Shown here: piece after piece, positions 43,805 to 59,100 of the stretch
Position numbering within the stretch: the first letter of the stretch is position 1
Layout: the number at the start of each line of letters is the position of its first letter
Origin: Blastocystis sp. Blastoise
Lineage: Eukaryota > Protista > Bigyra: Opalinata
Direction: 5' to 3'
Assembly: GCA_039096225.1 (NCBI GenBank)
Contig: JBBPEB010000006.1
Location: 310,001 to 374,000 of the forward strand
DNA: 64,000 nt
The notes under the pieces: model-generated
What the model saw: only the letters and a program-made list of their open reading frames with translations
Database searches by the model: none
What the model was told of the DNA's origin: nothing
Position numbers and translations under genes: made by a program

Positions 43805-45977
43805 ATGGTCTCAAAATACGTAATTGTATGTATTAGCAGTTTGGGTCTCTCACCTCGTATAGATTTCAGCTATTCTTTCGGTGGTTGCAGTATTTCTAAC
43901 GACGCTCTCTTTAAAAGAAGAGAAGAGTCCATCAACATTTCATCTGTATATATATTTTTATTATACATTAGTTTTTTAATTGTGATTACGTATGTATATT
44001 TATAGATCTTCCAAAACCTATTCAGAAGTGAATCATGTTGAGGGTCTTCATGTTCTGACTGATGTTGTTAAAGATCCTGAAAATCTTGGTAGTAGTATCA
44101 TCACAGTTGAAAATGCTGAACCTGAAAATCGAAAAAATGATGATTCTATGAGTGGTAATACTCCAGAAGTTTCTAAAGAAAATGGTTCTACAACAGTTGC
44201 ACCTACTATTGTACCTACACCGGCTCCAACTCCTGCACCTACACCTGCTCCTACACCTGTACCCACTTTATCTCCTCCAATAGCACCTACTCCTACTCCT
44301 ACTCCTGCTCCTACACCTGCTCCTACTGCAAAGCCTATTTTAGTTCCTGAGGAAGAACTAAAAACATATAAACCTCATCAAGTAGATTTATCGAAATTAA
44401 CGAATATGAATACAATCTGTGATGAATTTAAAGTAAATGGTACATATATTATGCCTCCAGAAGAAAAAGAAGTATATTATTATGTTTAATAGTTTTATTT
44501 CTATATAGTTTTTATTTGTAAAATATGATATATATTATTTATACATTTTTTTTTATATTTATTTATTAATTAATATATATTTTATTATATCTATCTCATT
44601 ATATATCTTTCATTATAAATGATTTTATACATATAGATTGTTCAAAGATTGAATACGACATTTTTAAAAGGTCAAAGAGACTATAAGATGTGGGAATTAT
44701 GGAAGGATGTATCTAAGCTTTCAAGTAGTATGTCTTGTTTATATGCTGATGCTATGAATCAATATAAGAAAGTATCGAATGATCAACATACTATAACTTA
44801 CCGTGGTGGTTTATTTGATACAAATAGTCCAAAACAAGTATTAGAAGAAGCTTCAAAATATAATTCATTCCCTGATCCTTCTTATCATTGGGTATATGGT
44901 GTACCTCCTTCTCAAAATCGTCAACCTATTCCTGGTACTTATTATATTCAACATCAAATATGGAAACATCAATTTCCTACTACTTGTGAAGATAAGAAAT
45001 TTGTAATTGTACCTCATGGTCCTGAAACTGGTTTTGGTTCTATGGTTCATTTATTAGGTACTCAATTCGCTTGGATATTGGGTCATGATCGTGTTATTGT
45101 ATATATACCAGATAATTCACATGCTTGGCTAGATCAAGATTACTGTACTGATCAAACATTAAATTGTTATTTTGAACCAATTACAAATTGTACAATTCCT
45201 GATGATATAGTTAAATTAGCTCTTAAAGGTAAACACTTCTTACCAACTCTATTATATGCTAATTCTATGAAAGATCTTGAAAGAATTCCTGATATTAAGT
45301 ATATTGTTTGGGCTGTAGGTAGAATGGGTGGACCAAGACGTGAAATACCTCCATTTGTTTTATCCTTATTAAATGAATATCATATATCTGGTCAAATAGC
45401 TTATAATTATTGGAGAATGCAAGGTATTGCTTTTGTATTCAGATTCAATAAGCGTACCTTAAAATGGATGGATGATTATACTAAAGAACATTGTGTAAAT
45501 TGTCATGAAACTTATGATATTTCTGCTCATATTCGTCATGGAGATGAACATACAGAAATGAAGATAGTAGACGGTAATAACTATGTCTATCCTATAATTG
45601 TATTACAGAAAATGTTAAATAAACCAGATTTAAAAATGTTTATTAATTCCGATGATCCTTCAGTTATTCCTCAAATTCATAAGTTCTTTAATAATAAGAC
45701 TTCTTTTATTGATGTCAAGAAATTCAACTTAGCAATTGGATATAATATACATGTTCCACATGTTGGTTTAGAATCTTTAGCTAATTTAAGACAAATGGTT
45801 TTAGCAGATAACTTAATAGGTACATATGGTAGTAATTGGAATAGACTTATTGCAGAATTAAAACTTACTGTTGGATATGGTAGTCTATCTTATTATTTTG
45901 AAGAAGGAGTCGTGGGTTGTGTTGGATCATCACATTGCTCATTAACTAGAAGAGGACCAAGTATGCCTGGATGGTAA
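43805..45977 (+). CDS. Alpha-1,6-fucosyltransferase-like (FUT8/GT23) protein with Pro/Thr/Ala stem; 3 GT-AG introns
   Basis: IQHQIWKHQFPTTC, GFGSMVH, CYFEPITNC, SAHIRHGD, FINSDDP, IGTYGSNWNRLIAEL. Confidence 0.85.
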
Positions 45978-46669
45978 ATCTTATTTTATTTTTTCAGCTG
46001 TTATATATATATATATAATTTGTTCTTCTTTTTAATTTATTTTATGAATTAAATCTTAAATGATCGAGTTATTCATTTCAATATTATTCTATTATATATT
46101 TTTCACTTTATATTATTAAAATTGAATTCTTATCGTATTTAACTACACATTCAAGTAATTCATCTTAGCATCATTCATTTATATCATCAATCTATATATA
46201 TTTGTTAGTATGCTGGACTCGTATTTCTCACTCGTATTGTTTTGCTATTTTTTATTTTATTTATTCTTTATGAACCTATAGATAATAGTCAGAAATTGTT
46301 TTTAATATGACTCAATATTATAATAATAATTAACATGAGACAGATTTAGGTGCCTATCTTTTATTGTCTTGAAAAATATCCATAAAATAAACAACAATTT
46401 CATGTTAAATCACCAGAAGACTTTGAAATATCCTAAATTATGTTTTCACAATCATATTCAATTCAACAAAATATATATAATTTGAATAGAAACAGACTTA
46501 GTTTCATGATAAAACACAAATGAGTATATGTTGCTAAATGTTCCCCTTGTTCTATATAATTATGATAACTCCTACCTTTATAAATTTAAATAAACAATAA
46601 TAACTTGATAAAATATAAAGAATACAAATATTCATTTATTTTTATTAAAAATAAAAACAAAAAAAGAAT

Positions 46670-46758
46670 TCCGAGCTGCCGGAATCGAACCAGCGACCCT
46701 TAGATTGCTGCAATGCAGCCACTACAGTCTAACGCTCTTCCAACTGAGCTAAGCTCGG
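46670..46758 (-). tRNA. trnY-GUA: tRNA-Tyr(GUA) with 16-nt intron (46706-46721)
   Basis: CCGAGCT acceptor stem, AGCTCAGTTGGAAGAGC D arm, TTAGA-CT-GTA-G-[intron]-A-TCTAA, GGTTCGATTCC T arm; T-run terminator downstream. Confidence 0.97.
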
Positions 46759-47021
46759 TACTGTATTTATTTTTCTTCGTTACTTATTTAGGAGTCTATA
46801 ATACAAAATTTTTCTACAAAGAATATCAAATGTCTAACATGATACAAAAATCAATTTATTTGATTTATTCAATTATATGAAACAGATTTATGTTAATGCA
46901 AAGTCATATAAAACAAACAAAGACTTACATGAATGAAATAATGTAATGAATATAGAAAGAGTTTTTTTAGAATTTAAAAATGGAAATAATAATAATAATA
47001 ATAAAAAGAAAATAGTTGTAA

Positions 47022-48046
47022 TTAATCAAACGTCTGTATAGGAAAATTGAAAGGTGTTGTATTGTCTTTATAAACTGCTCTTGAAACGCTAATTAGGATA
47101 ATAATTATAATAAAAGCAAATGAAAAGCATACTTGACTTGTGTAAATTGACCATACAACTGTCCATCAATGACAACATTCACTGGTTCTGGTTTTGTAGA
47201 GTGAAACGAGAAATCAAGAACACGAATATAATCTCCTTGAGAAGATAATGCTTCTAGGAAATCTTTTGAATTAGCACATTTCTCAATGAATGACTAAATA
47301 TAGCGAAATATATGCACAGACTTTAAGAATATATATATGATATTATATTTGAATATAGAAGTTTTAAAAAATATATATATAAACGTAAATTGAATGAATA
47401 TAAGCATATAGATATATAAATACGACAATATCTGAGGATTGTTTTATAATATGTAAATAAAAGAATTTCGATTCTTTATCTACAGGAATATTAGGTACTG
47501 GAGCAGTTAAAATCATGGGAATCGAAATAATAGCAATACGTATATAAGTATCTAAAGGTAAAGAGACAAGTGTTTCTTTTTGACCTAAGGAATTACACTA
47601 TATATTTTTTATTATTATATATATGTATTCTATAGTTAATAATTTATATATGTATATATATATTAATAAATACAGATGTATATTGTAAGTATCCAGTGAC
47701 GCAGTAATCGTCATTATTTAATGATTTTATATCTTTCAGTTTAATATCATAAAATGAACAATGATTGTTAATCATCTATATATATATATATATAATAGTT
47801 TGTTATGCAATAGTAATAATGAATATATATATATATACATGTATAGCATTTGTAGGAATAACTCCAATTTCAAGAAAACAGACAAAAGGAATAGATATTG
47901 TTGGTTTATGAGTATAAAAAGACTGTTTCATATCAAAACCGCGGGGATATACAGAAGTGAAACAATGGCATATATAAACAGGTAACTGTTTTGTACATTT
48001 TCCCCATCGTACGTATGTAGCTATTACTGATTTATATAGTTCTCTA

Positions 48047-48112
<66 letters not shown>

Positions 48113-49968
48113 TGAATAATATCTGGGTCTTCGTATGGAGTTTTAATCTATATATATATATATACATTATATATATATTATATATATACATTATATATAT
48201 ATAAATACATTATATTTAGAAGGAATAGGAAGTTGAAGATCCATGAAAACAAGTGATGAATATACAAAATGATAATAAGTACTATCTATTCTTGATAAAT
48301 ATATAGGTAGACCATTTGAGAAGAAGGGAAGTATATATATATATATAGGAAGAAACTTCTCAGGTCCCATCTCTACACTAAGGACATAATATACCGCCAA
48401 AACACGAGAGAAAGCCTCAAGGGTCGCCGGTGCTAAACGTAACACTAACCGCGGTAATTCTGGCTGAAGAAAAAATAAGAATATTATTATTTATTAATTA
48501 TGATATAATAATATTAAAAATGTTAGAAAAATAGAACAATACTATGATATAGTATTATAATCAATATTATAATAAAAATAATAGTATAATAATATTATAA
48601 TAAAATAGAATAATAATAGAATAATACTATATAATAGTATATAATTCTGAACTAGAAAAGCCAATATACCTGAAGGTCATTGGTTTGTTCGAGGAGTGTC
48701 GTCACTTTATCATATATATTCAAATACTCTTGATGTGTCAACAGGATACGATTCCCAAGGGAATCCGTCATATAAGGAAAGGTATTATTTAGTTTTTCTT
48801 CCTCAATTTCTCTCAAACAAATAACTTCGGAGTTATATCCTAAAAACTGAGGAGGTACTTGTATTTTTGTTGTTTCATCCCACAGTAGATCTTGGTTGAA
48901 CATGCAGTCTATACAATTGGCTTTAGGAGAGAAATGAAACGGAAGAAGTTCTTTATATACAGAGAGTCGAAACGCTTTACATTCACATCCATTAGGTCGC
49001 CTATATATAGTGAAGAAGAGGGAGATATAGATATATATAGATAGAGATATACATATAGAGACAGATATACATATATATATAGATAAATATAAATATAAAA
49101 TATATTAAACATAAATATATATGAGTTAAAAGATAAGTATAGAGTCGAATTTAAAAAAATATACTTAATCAAAATATCAAATATATGAAATAAAACAAGT
49201 ATAATAACAATATGAATGAGTATCAATACAAATGTATATATATCTATACATTTGTTTAATGAGTAGATAGAGTCTATAAAGATCTCGGAGGATAGAAGAT
49301 AATACATATATAGACATATTTGTAATTTTATCGCGGGAAATACTGATATCCTGATTCAATACACCTATATTTATATATTAATATGTATAATATATATATA
49401 ATAATAATAAGAATAAACATAAGAAATAATAACATAAAAATATATATATAAGAAACAAAGATAGGATATGGATATGTATATATATACATATATATAATAA
49501 ATATAAATTAGTTTAGCATATAAGAAAACATATACATAAATATAATAAGTATAAAAATATATATATAAGAAAACAGATATATATATACAGAATATAAGAT
49601 CTTGCATTCTAGCTTTCATCAATTTTGAGTCGAGTGTGAATTCAGAAAATGAACGGAGAAAAGTTGGCTGCACGTGACGATAGAGATCACTGTGTGTTGT
49701 CACAACGAACAGAGTGTTATTTGTCATATAATTGACGTTAAGAGTTAACAGTTGGTCAGAATATTGTAACTATAGAGAGTAGTATATATATATAACATTT
49801 ATATAAATAGAGAGTAAGAATAAGTATAGAAATGTATAATAATAGTTATTCTTATAATAATAATAATAATAAGAAGAAGAAGAATAAATATAATAATAAT
49901 AAATATATACATTTGTTGGTTCAAAGAACAAAGGAACTTGTTGAGCAAATATATCTAAATATTTACCA

Positions 49969-50045
<77 letters not shown>

Positions 50046-50300
50046 GGCATATATATTTCTTCATTAAGTTCTTCAAGAAATGTTTTTGACATGCCTCCAA
50101 GGGGTTGAGGATAATATATATATCGAGAGAAGAAGTATTGGAAGGGAACATAAAAAGAAGGAAAAAAAACACTACATCTCTATATATTTATATATATATA
50201 GAATTATATATATATATATAGTTATAAAGGATACCTGTGTATATAATATAATAAGAAAACGAAAAAGGAATTGAAGTAACGGAATCAAAGACTCCATATC

Positions 50301-50340
<40 letters not shown>

Positions 50341-51322
50341 TAACAATATCAAAATATAAATAGAACAAGAATATATATATATATATATACCTTCGCATAA
50401 TGATCCAGTACTTGTATTGGTCTATATATAGATTCATTGTCCACTTCGTACATTGTAACGTACGGAAAGAAGATTTGGGCACGTGCCAAAGGTGTTATAA
50501 AGATATATATCAGTGTATAACCAATGCCTATATATATAAATATATTATTGTTAGCAATTCTATACAGTGTTGTAAAAAATAAGAATAAAACACATAATAT
50601 AATAATTAAATATATATATATAATTAATATAATGCATATATAATCAATATAATATATATATATACAGGAAGGATAATAACTCAGTTGATATCCGTTGATA
50701 AATAAACGTGTATTATTAATATGATTGGATGGATAGCATTGTGACGAACTAGAAAAGATATGGCATATATTTATATATAGAGATTATACAGAATTCAATA
50801 CACTATGATATAAATTAGAGAAGTATAAATTTTTCATATAAATATTTATATTCATTTAAAAAAATAAATATATTCAAAATATTGAAGTTATATAAAAAAA
50901 AAGAAAATAAAAAATAATTATTTGATATATAAACTAATATTATATATATAAGCCAATATTATATATATAATTTTTAATAATATATAAACCAATATTATAT
51001 ATATATACAGATTTGGAAGTTGTCTTAAATATCTATTTAAAATATGTATATTAACTTGATCGCCATAAATATAGGAGACACACTAGGAGAGATAGAAATA
51101 TATATATATATATATAAGATAAACCAAATAATATAAAAAGCAAATATATATATAATACAATAAAAAATAATATAAATATTTCAAAAATGATTATAAGTGT
51201 ACATATTAAAATATATATGAATAAAATACTAATTCTAATGTGGTTTTTAAAGATATAGGACAGTCATCTGAAGCTACAATCCATATATATAAATCTTTGC
51301 AGATGGATTCTATATGTGTAAA

Positions 51323-51373
<51 letters not shown>

Positions 51374-51801
51374 ATATACCCATATGTTTTGTGTCATATT
51401 CACATATTAAAAGATAAAATTGAAGCGAATAACATATGTTCAGAAATAAATCTAAAAATTTATAAATAGTTACAATCAAATTTGAATATTTCAAATCAAA
51501 AAAATACACTGTAATTGACGACTTGATGATAGTTTCTGATTTTTTCTTAGTTTTGCGATTCGATCAAATAATGCCGTTATTAGAGATGTTGCAGCATCAG
51601 GAAATTGATATAAATGAGCATAGAAATCAATCACATTCACAGGTTGAGTTAAGAATAATGGACTTGTAGCATACTCTAGCTGGTTGACAAATTGTTCTAC
51701 AACACTCTATATATATATTTTACACATAAAATATGAATGAGCAAAGAATAGAAGATGAATGGTACCTGATTAAATTCAAATTTTTGTATTTGATCCTCCA
51801 T
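47022..51801 (-). CDS. PI3K class IB regulatory subunit (p101/p84, PIK3R5/6)-like protein; about 19 GT-AG introns
   Basis: C-terminal half matches the p101 pattern as I recall it: IYILP...LPIYLSRIDSTYYHFV, IATYVRWG...LPVY, IPFVCFLEIG, VVIDGQLYG, FPIQTF. Exons join in frame from MEDQIQKFEF. Confidence 0.6.
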
Positions 51802-52028
51802 ATCTAGGGTTATTTTTTCGACAATGTTTTATATCAGTATGAATAATAATATAAATGAAACAAGAAAAGATAGAGAAATATAAAAAATCTTGGGAAAGTT
51901 CAAAAACACACTAATTAAAACAAAAAAAATACTAATAATTAAAACGAAAAAGAAAAAGGATTCTTTCTTTCTAACCAAGTATTTTCTACGATAAATATGT
52001 CATTATTATTGTAAAATGATATATAGAT

Positions 52029-52701
52029 ATGGAAACTGAAAAACCAGTTCAAGAAGATATATCAATGTATCAGTTAATTGCTGATTTACAGGATGAATCA
52101 AAACGTGAAAACGCATTAGCAGAATTAAGTAAAAAAAGAACTTCTCAAGATGAATTAGCAAAAGCCCTATGGAATTCCTTTGGTACAATGACAATCTTAC
52201 TTGAAGAGATAGTTTCATCCTACCCACTATTAGACCCTCCTCGTTTAACACAAAAGGAATCTGTTCGACTCTGTAACGTTTTAGTTCTTCTTCAAACACT
52301 TGTATCTTCTCCAGAAACCTATTTAAATATTATTCAATCAAGTATTCTGGTTTATATATATCCAATTATCAAAACTAGTTCTAAAAAAAAGACTGTTTAT
52401 TATGCTCGTCTCACTGGATTAGGTGTAATTGGCGCTATATCTAAAGTATTTTTTTTTTTTCGTTTTTTTTTCATATTTTTTTTTTATCTATAATATATAT
52501 TATTTTATTATGAATGTTTAGATGGAATCAAATGATGTTATCCCCTTCTTTCTAAAGAATGATGTTATTGGTATATGTTTAACAAATATCGAAAATGGAA
52601 GTATTCTTGAACAAACAGTATATTGTTATTCACTTTTTTTAATAATTGCTGTTTAAATAATTTTATTAATTTTATTATTATATTTAATGTTTATTTCTTT
52701 A

Positions 52702-52737
<36 letters not shown>

Positions 52738-53365
52738 TTGCCACTTTTATTCTTCAAAAGATTACTCAAGACTCTAAAGGTTCACAATATATAAATGCCT
52801 CACCAAACAGACTTCAAATGGGTATATATATATATATATATATATATAACATTATATATATTTGCAAATCTATTTTATTTTATTATTTTCGTGTAAATAT
52901 TTAATTTTTTTATAATAATATGTATTCATTTTTTATTATCAATGATTATATGCATATATATATGTTGTAATGTATAAATATATACTTATATATAACATAT
53001 ATATACCTATCTAAATAGTATGTAACACTTTATCTTCTGTCATTGAGAAAATGGATGAAAAACCAGATAAAAGACTGTTAAAACACGTTGTTCGCTGTTT
53101 TCTTTCTATTGTACAAAATCCAGCGTATATATATATTATTTATATTAATTATTCTTCTTTATTTTTAAACAGTTTTTATGCTAAAAAAATTAGAAGATAA
53201 TATTATTATTTATTTATTATCTATTATGATTATTATAGAACACGTGATGTTGTAGCTCAATATTATCCAAAACGATTAAGTGAAGAAACATTTACAAAAG
53301 AAATGGAAGAAAATACTTCCAATTGGCATCATGCTATCTTAGATTTTATAGCTCAAAAAAAATAA
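52029..53365 (+). CDS. CNOT9: CCR4-NOT subunit 9 (Rcd1/Caf40); 4 GT-AG introns
   Basis: RENALAELSKKR, LWNSFGTMTILLEEIVSSYP, RLCNVLVLLQ, RLTGLGVIGA, ATFILQKI, RLLKHVVRC. Confidence 0.96.
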
Positions 53366-53624
53366 AAAAAAATGTACTATTTTCTTTTCTTTTACTTTAT
53401 TTTTCATTTAAATATATATACTTATTTGTGTATGTCAAGTCATTGTTGATTATTTTTGTACCTAAATTATATTACTATATATCATTAGTCTATAATAGAG
53501 ATACATAGTATTTTATTCTTTAACAAAACAATTTCTAAATAATACAATTCACACACAAACAACAAAAGTATAAAATAAAATTATAAACAGAGAAGACTAT
53601 AGAATATATAGCATATTGATCTAT

Positions 53625-54840
53625 TTATCGTTTCTTATATAAGCATGGTTTTAATGATGGTATTTCACTACTATCACAAGTAGTAGCATTATTCATTTTA
53701 ACAAAGTAAAATACACCAAAATAATCATTAGAGATATCCTATATATAATATATATGTATATATTAAAACAAAACTAAAACCAGTAATAAAAAAATAATGC
53801 TTGAATTGTATAATATATATATACCTTATTCATTAACTTAAATCCTAATTGTTCGATAATGCTGACAAACCCTTCGTCACCGCCAATTTCTTCAATGTCA
53901 AATCGACTGCGAACTTCAGCAATCTATATATGTATATAATTATTATTATTTTTATTATTATTATCATCACTATAATAATCGTAATAATAATAAATAAAAA
54001 AGACTAAAAGAAAAACAGCAAGAAAGTATAAAATATAAAATAGGAATGAATAACATAAACATATATACTCTATATAATTATAAGAAAAATAGTTTATATA
54101 TATAATAAACAAAATGATAATACTATTATATATTTATAGAATAACGATAATAATAATTGTATTCTATATATATATATATACCCATAACTGTCCTTTATCT
54201 CTAAGGAGACGTCTAGCTTCAACAATGAAATCAGACCAATTTGTACCCATTAAACTTAAACAATATATACATATATCTAAACTCTTATCCCCACGGGGAA
54301 CCTAAATAGAACAATATATATATAGAATTATACAAATAGAAAAAAATTTAAAATAATAATAATAGCATAAATATAAAATATCATCCAGTATTATAAAATA
54401 AATGTAATTCCTATAATACTAATACCACAATATATATATAAAATAAAGTATGATATATATAAATAATAAACAATAATTATATATATATATAAATAATAAA
54501 CAATAATTATATATACATGAATAATAAACAATAATTATATATATACAAAATTAATAAACAATAATTATATATACATGAATAATAAACAATAATTATATAT
54601 ATACAAAATTAATAAACAATAATTAAATATATACATGAATAATAAACGATATTTAAATATATACATGAATAATAAATAATAATTATATATATATACATGA
54701 GCAATATCACATTCAATAACATAATCTTTCTTACTAATTAAATCAAAACTATATATTTTATGATTCTTCACTTTCTGATATATATAAGCATCACCACAAC
54801 CAAAATCACCAACATCTTTTTTAGGAGTCAACTTTCTATA

Positions 54841-54876
<36 letters not shown>

Positions 54877-55435
54877 CATAATCATAATCATAATCATATT
54901 ATTTATATTATAAATGTTGATAAATAGAATTTATAATAACATAAATAAAATAATAAATATACTTTAGTTTCTTAATAAATATATCTACAGGAACAACAGG
55001 CCATTTTTCAACTTGATTTCTAAATCCTTCATGATACTAAAATATAAATAATTTCGTGTTATTATATATTATTGTTGCCATAGTTATATATATATACTGT
55101 ATCAAATAATCCCTTATCTTTATGAATCATATCAAAAGCTTTATCTCCATCTTGAGTATACAATTGTTCATTGATCCAACGAAACTTTGAGCCTTTCAGT
55201 TTTTCTTTCATTTGCTCAATCATACTCAACTTCTTCTTAGGTTGTTGATTGAGTTGCTGCTTTTTTTGTTGAGTATTATGAATCATTTCAATACTATTTT
55301 TGTTTTGTCCTTGTTTCTTGTTATTTTTACCAACATTTTGGAAAGACATATTAGATTTTTGATTCTTCTTGCCTAAGAATATAGTTTAACTTATTTATAT
55401 AAAGTACCTTTATTATTTTTGTTATTTTTACCCAT
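53625..55435 (-). CDS. RRP8: Rrp8/nucleomethylin rRNA methyltransferase; 6 GT-AG introns
   Basis: LKGSKFRWINEQLYT, YHEGFRNQVEKWP, GDFGCGDA, CDIAHVP, CLSLMGTN, IAEVRSRF, LKPCLYKKR*. Confidence 0.95.
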
Positions 55436-55820
55436 GATTCAGTAATAAATAAAACAAATAATAAGTCCCAACATTTTTTTGAAAACAAGTACTGGAATGA
55501 AAACTATAATCATGATTTTAAATGGCTTTATTGAATTGTTTAAATTTTACAATTTGAATGTTCATTTAAATAAGAAATAGCATACATTGACTTTGTAAAG
55601 ATGTAGGCAATATTTCTTATTTAATTTCAAAAAAAAAGTTTTAATATGAAAAGAATATTATGTCCAAAATGATCGATATCATTTTTTTAAACTGTCAAAA
55701 ATGCTTTTTACTGGTTGATTATTTCATAATGTATTTCTTTTAAAAAGACAAAACAACAATGACAGCAAACCCCCTTACAAATGATATAAATATAAAGTAT
55801 AAATTGTTTAGTTGATTTAG

Positions 55821-56270
55821 TTACATATGTTTCGGACGAACAAACTTTTTTGGTATTCCAGAAATCAAGGGTTGACGGAAAGACAACTATAAACATCATT
55901 AAATAGAAACAAGAAATATATATATATAAAGTCAAAATAAAAAACAATAATAATAGAATGGAGTTAATATGTAAATAGATACATCAATTCCTTTAACAGC
56001 GTTAAAAATAACATAACCATCAGATAATTGAGAAAACTTCTGAGAAGTACCATCTGGAGCTATATATATGATATGTATTGATAAATATATTAATAATTAT
56101 AAAGTGTAAAATTAAAAATATATATAATAAATTGTTAGAAATATGTTTATAATATATATATACCTTGTGTAAATAGGGATATCCATCCAAATGGACCTAA
56201 AGCAATATCAGCAAATGACGTGAATCGCTTCATATGATTGGAGGAAGGCTCAGAAGTCTATATATATATA

Positions 56271-56309
<39 letters not shown>

Positions 56310-56332
56310 CATTAATTTTTTTTTTTTTTTTC

Positions 56333-56400
<68 letters not shown>

Positions 56401-59100
56401 TATGTTTATTATTATGTTTATTATTATTTTAATATATACATACCATATCTCCTCGTTGTAGAAGACAGTTTAATTGCACATGTTTCTGTTTCTGTATTCC
56501 TCCAATAAGATCATATTGTTCTTTCTTTTCAAAAGGTGCATAATTCTTTCCTATATGTTTCTGAATAGTAGCAATAGAAGTAGAAGTAGAGAGTATATGA
56601 GAAGGAAGACCCGAATATATATATCCAATAAGATTATAAGGCTATATAGATAAGTCGTAGAGAAAAGAAGAGAAAAGAAGAGAAAAGAAGAGAAAAGAAG
56701 AGAAAAGAAGAGAAAAGAAGAGAAAAGAAGAGAAAATAAGAAGATAAAAATAATAATAGAAAAGAAAATATAAGAAAGATTAAAATAGAAACAAAACAGA
56801 AAAATAGAAATAAAAGAGATAATACAAAAAAGTAGATAAAAAATGGAAAATAAAAAACTGGAAAAAAAGAGATTTTATCAATTATACTATTAATCTATAA
56901 AGGATACCAAAAAGAAATATAATAACAATAAATTTATTATATACTACAAAAGAGAGTATACATATATAGTAATATAACATATCTATGTACTTCTCCTTGA
57001 ATATCATAATCTATTTTAATCAATGATCCAAGTACAAGGCTTTGCTTTGGGTGCAAAGTAATCACAGTAGGAAGCATTTGTCCCCGCGGGAATATGTTCT
57101 TTATATTACGTTGAGAAGAGTCTAAAAGCATATTAATAAGCATCAATTTAAAGGAATCTGGAAGAAAACCAGGTGTATCATATAAAGTATAATGTTTATT
57201 TTTCACGGGAATTGCTAGAAGTCCTAAGGTAGTAGAGGGAAAAGGGGAAACAGTAAAGGAAGTAGCCGGTAATTCTAAATATATATTTACATATATATAT
57301 ACTATTCTACTGTAATATAATGATATATAATAACATATAATATAAAAAATATATATATTAATATAAAGTAATTAAAGTTGATATATATTATAATATATAG
57401 ATTTAGAATGTATATATTTACACATAAAAAACATATATAGAAGAGACAACAAATAGAGAAGAAATTATGTATAAAACAATAAGTGTCAATAAAATATTCT
57501 CATACTAGATTCATCGATAGGTTTAGAAACAGTTTCATTTGATTGGATAAATTCAGAAACGCTATTTTGATCATGAATTATAATTGGCTGTTCTTTATTT
57601 GTATTATCATTTGTGTTTATAGTTTTATTATTATCATTTATCGTCTCAGCAATATTTGTAGTATCACTATTCTTATTATTACTATTATTAATATCATTAT
57701 TATTATTCGTTATTTTTGTATTTTCCTGAATATCTTTAGAGGGTGTATTTATATATACATTCATATTCTTATCAAGAGCCTTAAGTATATCCGGTTTTAT
57801 AGTAGTGTGAGAAGCAGAAAGAAGACGATTTATAAAACTACTTTTACCCACTATATATAAGAGATATAGAAATAATAATAGATATATATATATAGGTTCA
57901 ACGATATATAATTAAAATAGACATAAAAGAGGATAAACAGTAATAAAGATATATATTCTTGATATATATATTTTAAAATAATAGATTTATTTAGATATAC
58001 AATGATGAATATAATATATAGCAAATAAAAACAGAATATAAAATTGAATAACAATACCCTATAGTATAGAAATAATATATATAGTATACCATTTGTTAGC
58101 CCAGTTATATATATATGTTTATACTCATTCTGGTCAAAATAAGCTAATGTGTTTTCAACACCATAATCACTGACACTACTCACAAAAATAACCTCTTTCA
58201 AATTCTATATATTCAAAGAAACATTATGTATATAGCCAGAAAAAAAAAAATATATATATATATTATAATTATAATTATTATTAATATTATTATTATTACA
58301 TATACATTAATATAATTCTTAAGAATCGATCGTGCCCATCTTTTTAGTTTATTCAGAGGTTCCCCTCTCTATATATGTATATACAATTATATATATATAT
58401 AATTAAAAAAATGATCACATTAATAATTAAAAATAATATATAGTTAATTTAAATATATATATATACAGGAAGAACATCACATTTATTAATTACCACAAGA
58501 ACAGGATATTCTGATGTAATACTTTTAATATTATCATAGATTGAACCCTATATAAATATAATTTAATATAAAATATATTGATTCATGTATATATACGGGT
58601 ATATCTAAAATATCTAAGACGACAACCACTAAAGAATGTCGTTTATATGGAAATGATTTAGCCATATCTGGAGCAACATTATCAGGAAGCTTCTCAGCTT
58701 TAGATCTACCATAGTTAACCATCTAAATAGAAAATAAAACTAAAACAAGAAACAAATTGACTACCTGATAACAACGTTGACATATTAATGGCTTTTTATT
58801 TAACTTATGTTCCTCAAATACATTTTCAGGACAATAGCCTAACTTGGATGGTTCATCTGACTGTAATTGAACACCACATCCTGAACAAAAATCAAATAAT
58901 TTCTTCTCATTTTTAGCTATAGCATATTCCTCTTTCGTTGTAGTGATATAACGGCAATTAATAGTATTTTGTTTTGTCCCATATACAAAAGGAATGCTTC
59001 TTTGACTCATACTAGCCATGCAATATGAGGCTCTGTGTATTAGCACCTTATTCATGGGCTTTCTACAAATATTCCTTGCAATCAATCGTAGCGACAACAT
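55821..59100 (-). CDS. NOA1: NOA1/YqeH-family circularly permuted GTPase with organellar targeting-like N-terminus; 9 GT-AG introns
   Basis: CSGCGVQLQ...LGY...ICQRC zinc finger, VVLDILDIPGS, INKCDVLP, GLTNVGKSSFINRL, SPFPSTTL, YDTPG, DIALGPFGWI. Confidence 0.88.
56659..56735 (+). repeat. Intronic minisatellite (AGAAAAGAAG)n
   Basis: About 7 perfect 10-bp units; pyrimidine-rich on the transcribed strand, just upstream of an acceptor. Confidence 0.9.

Noticed and set aside
56898-56908. U12-like GTATCCTTT inside a NOA1 intron
   Set aside because: Not at an exon boundary; the flanking exons join through ordinary GT-AG sites.
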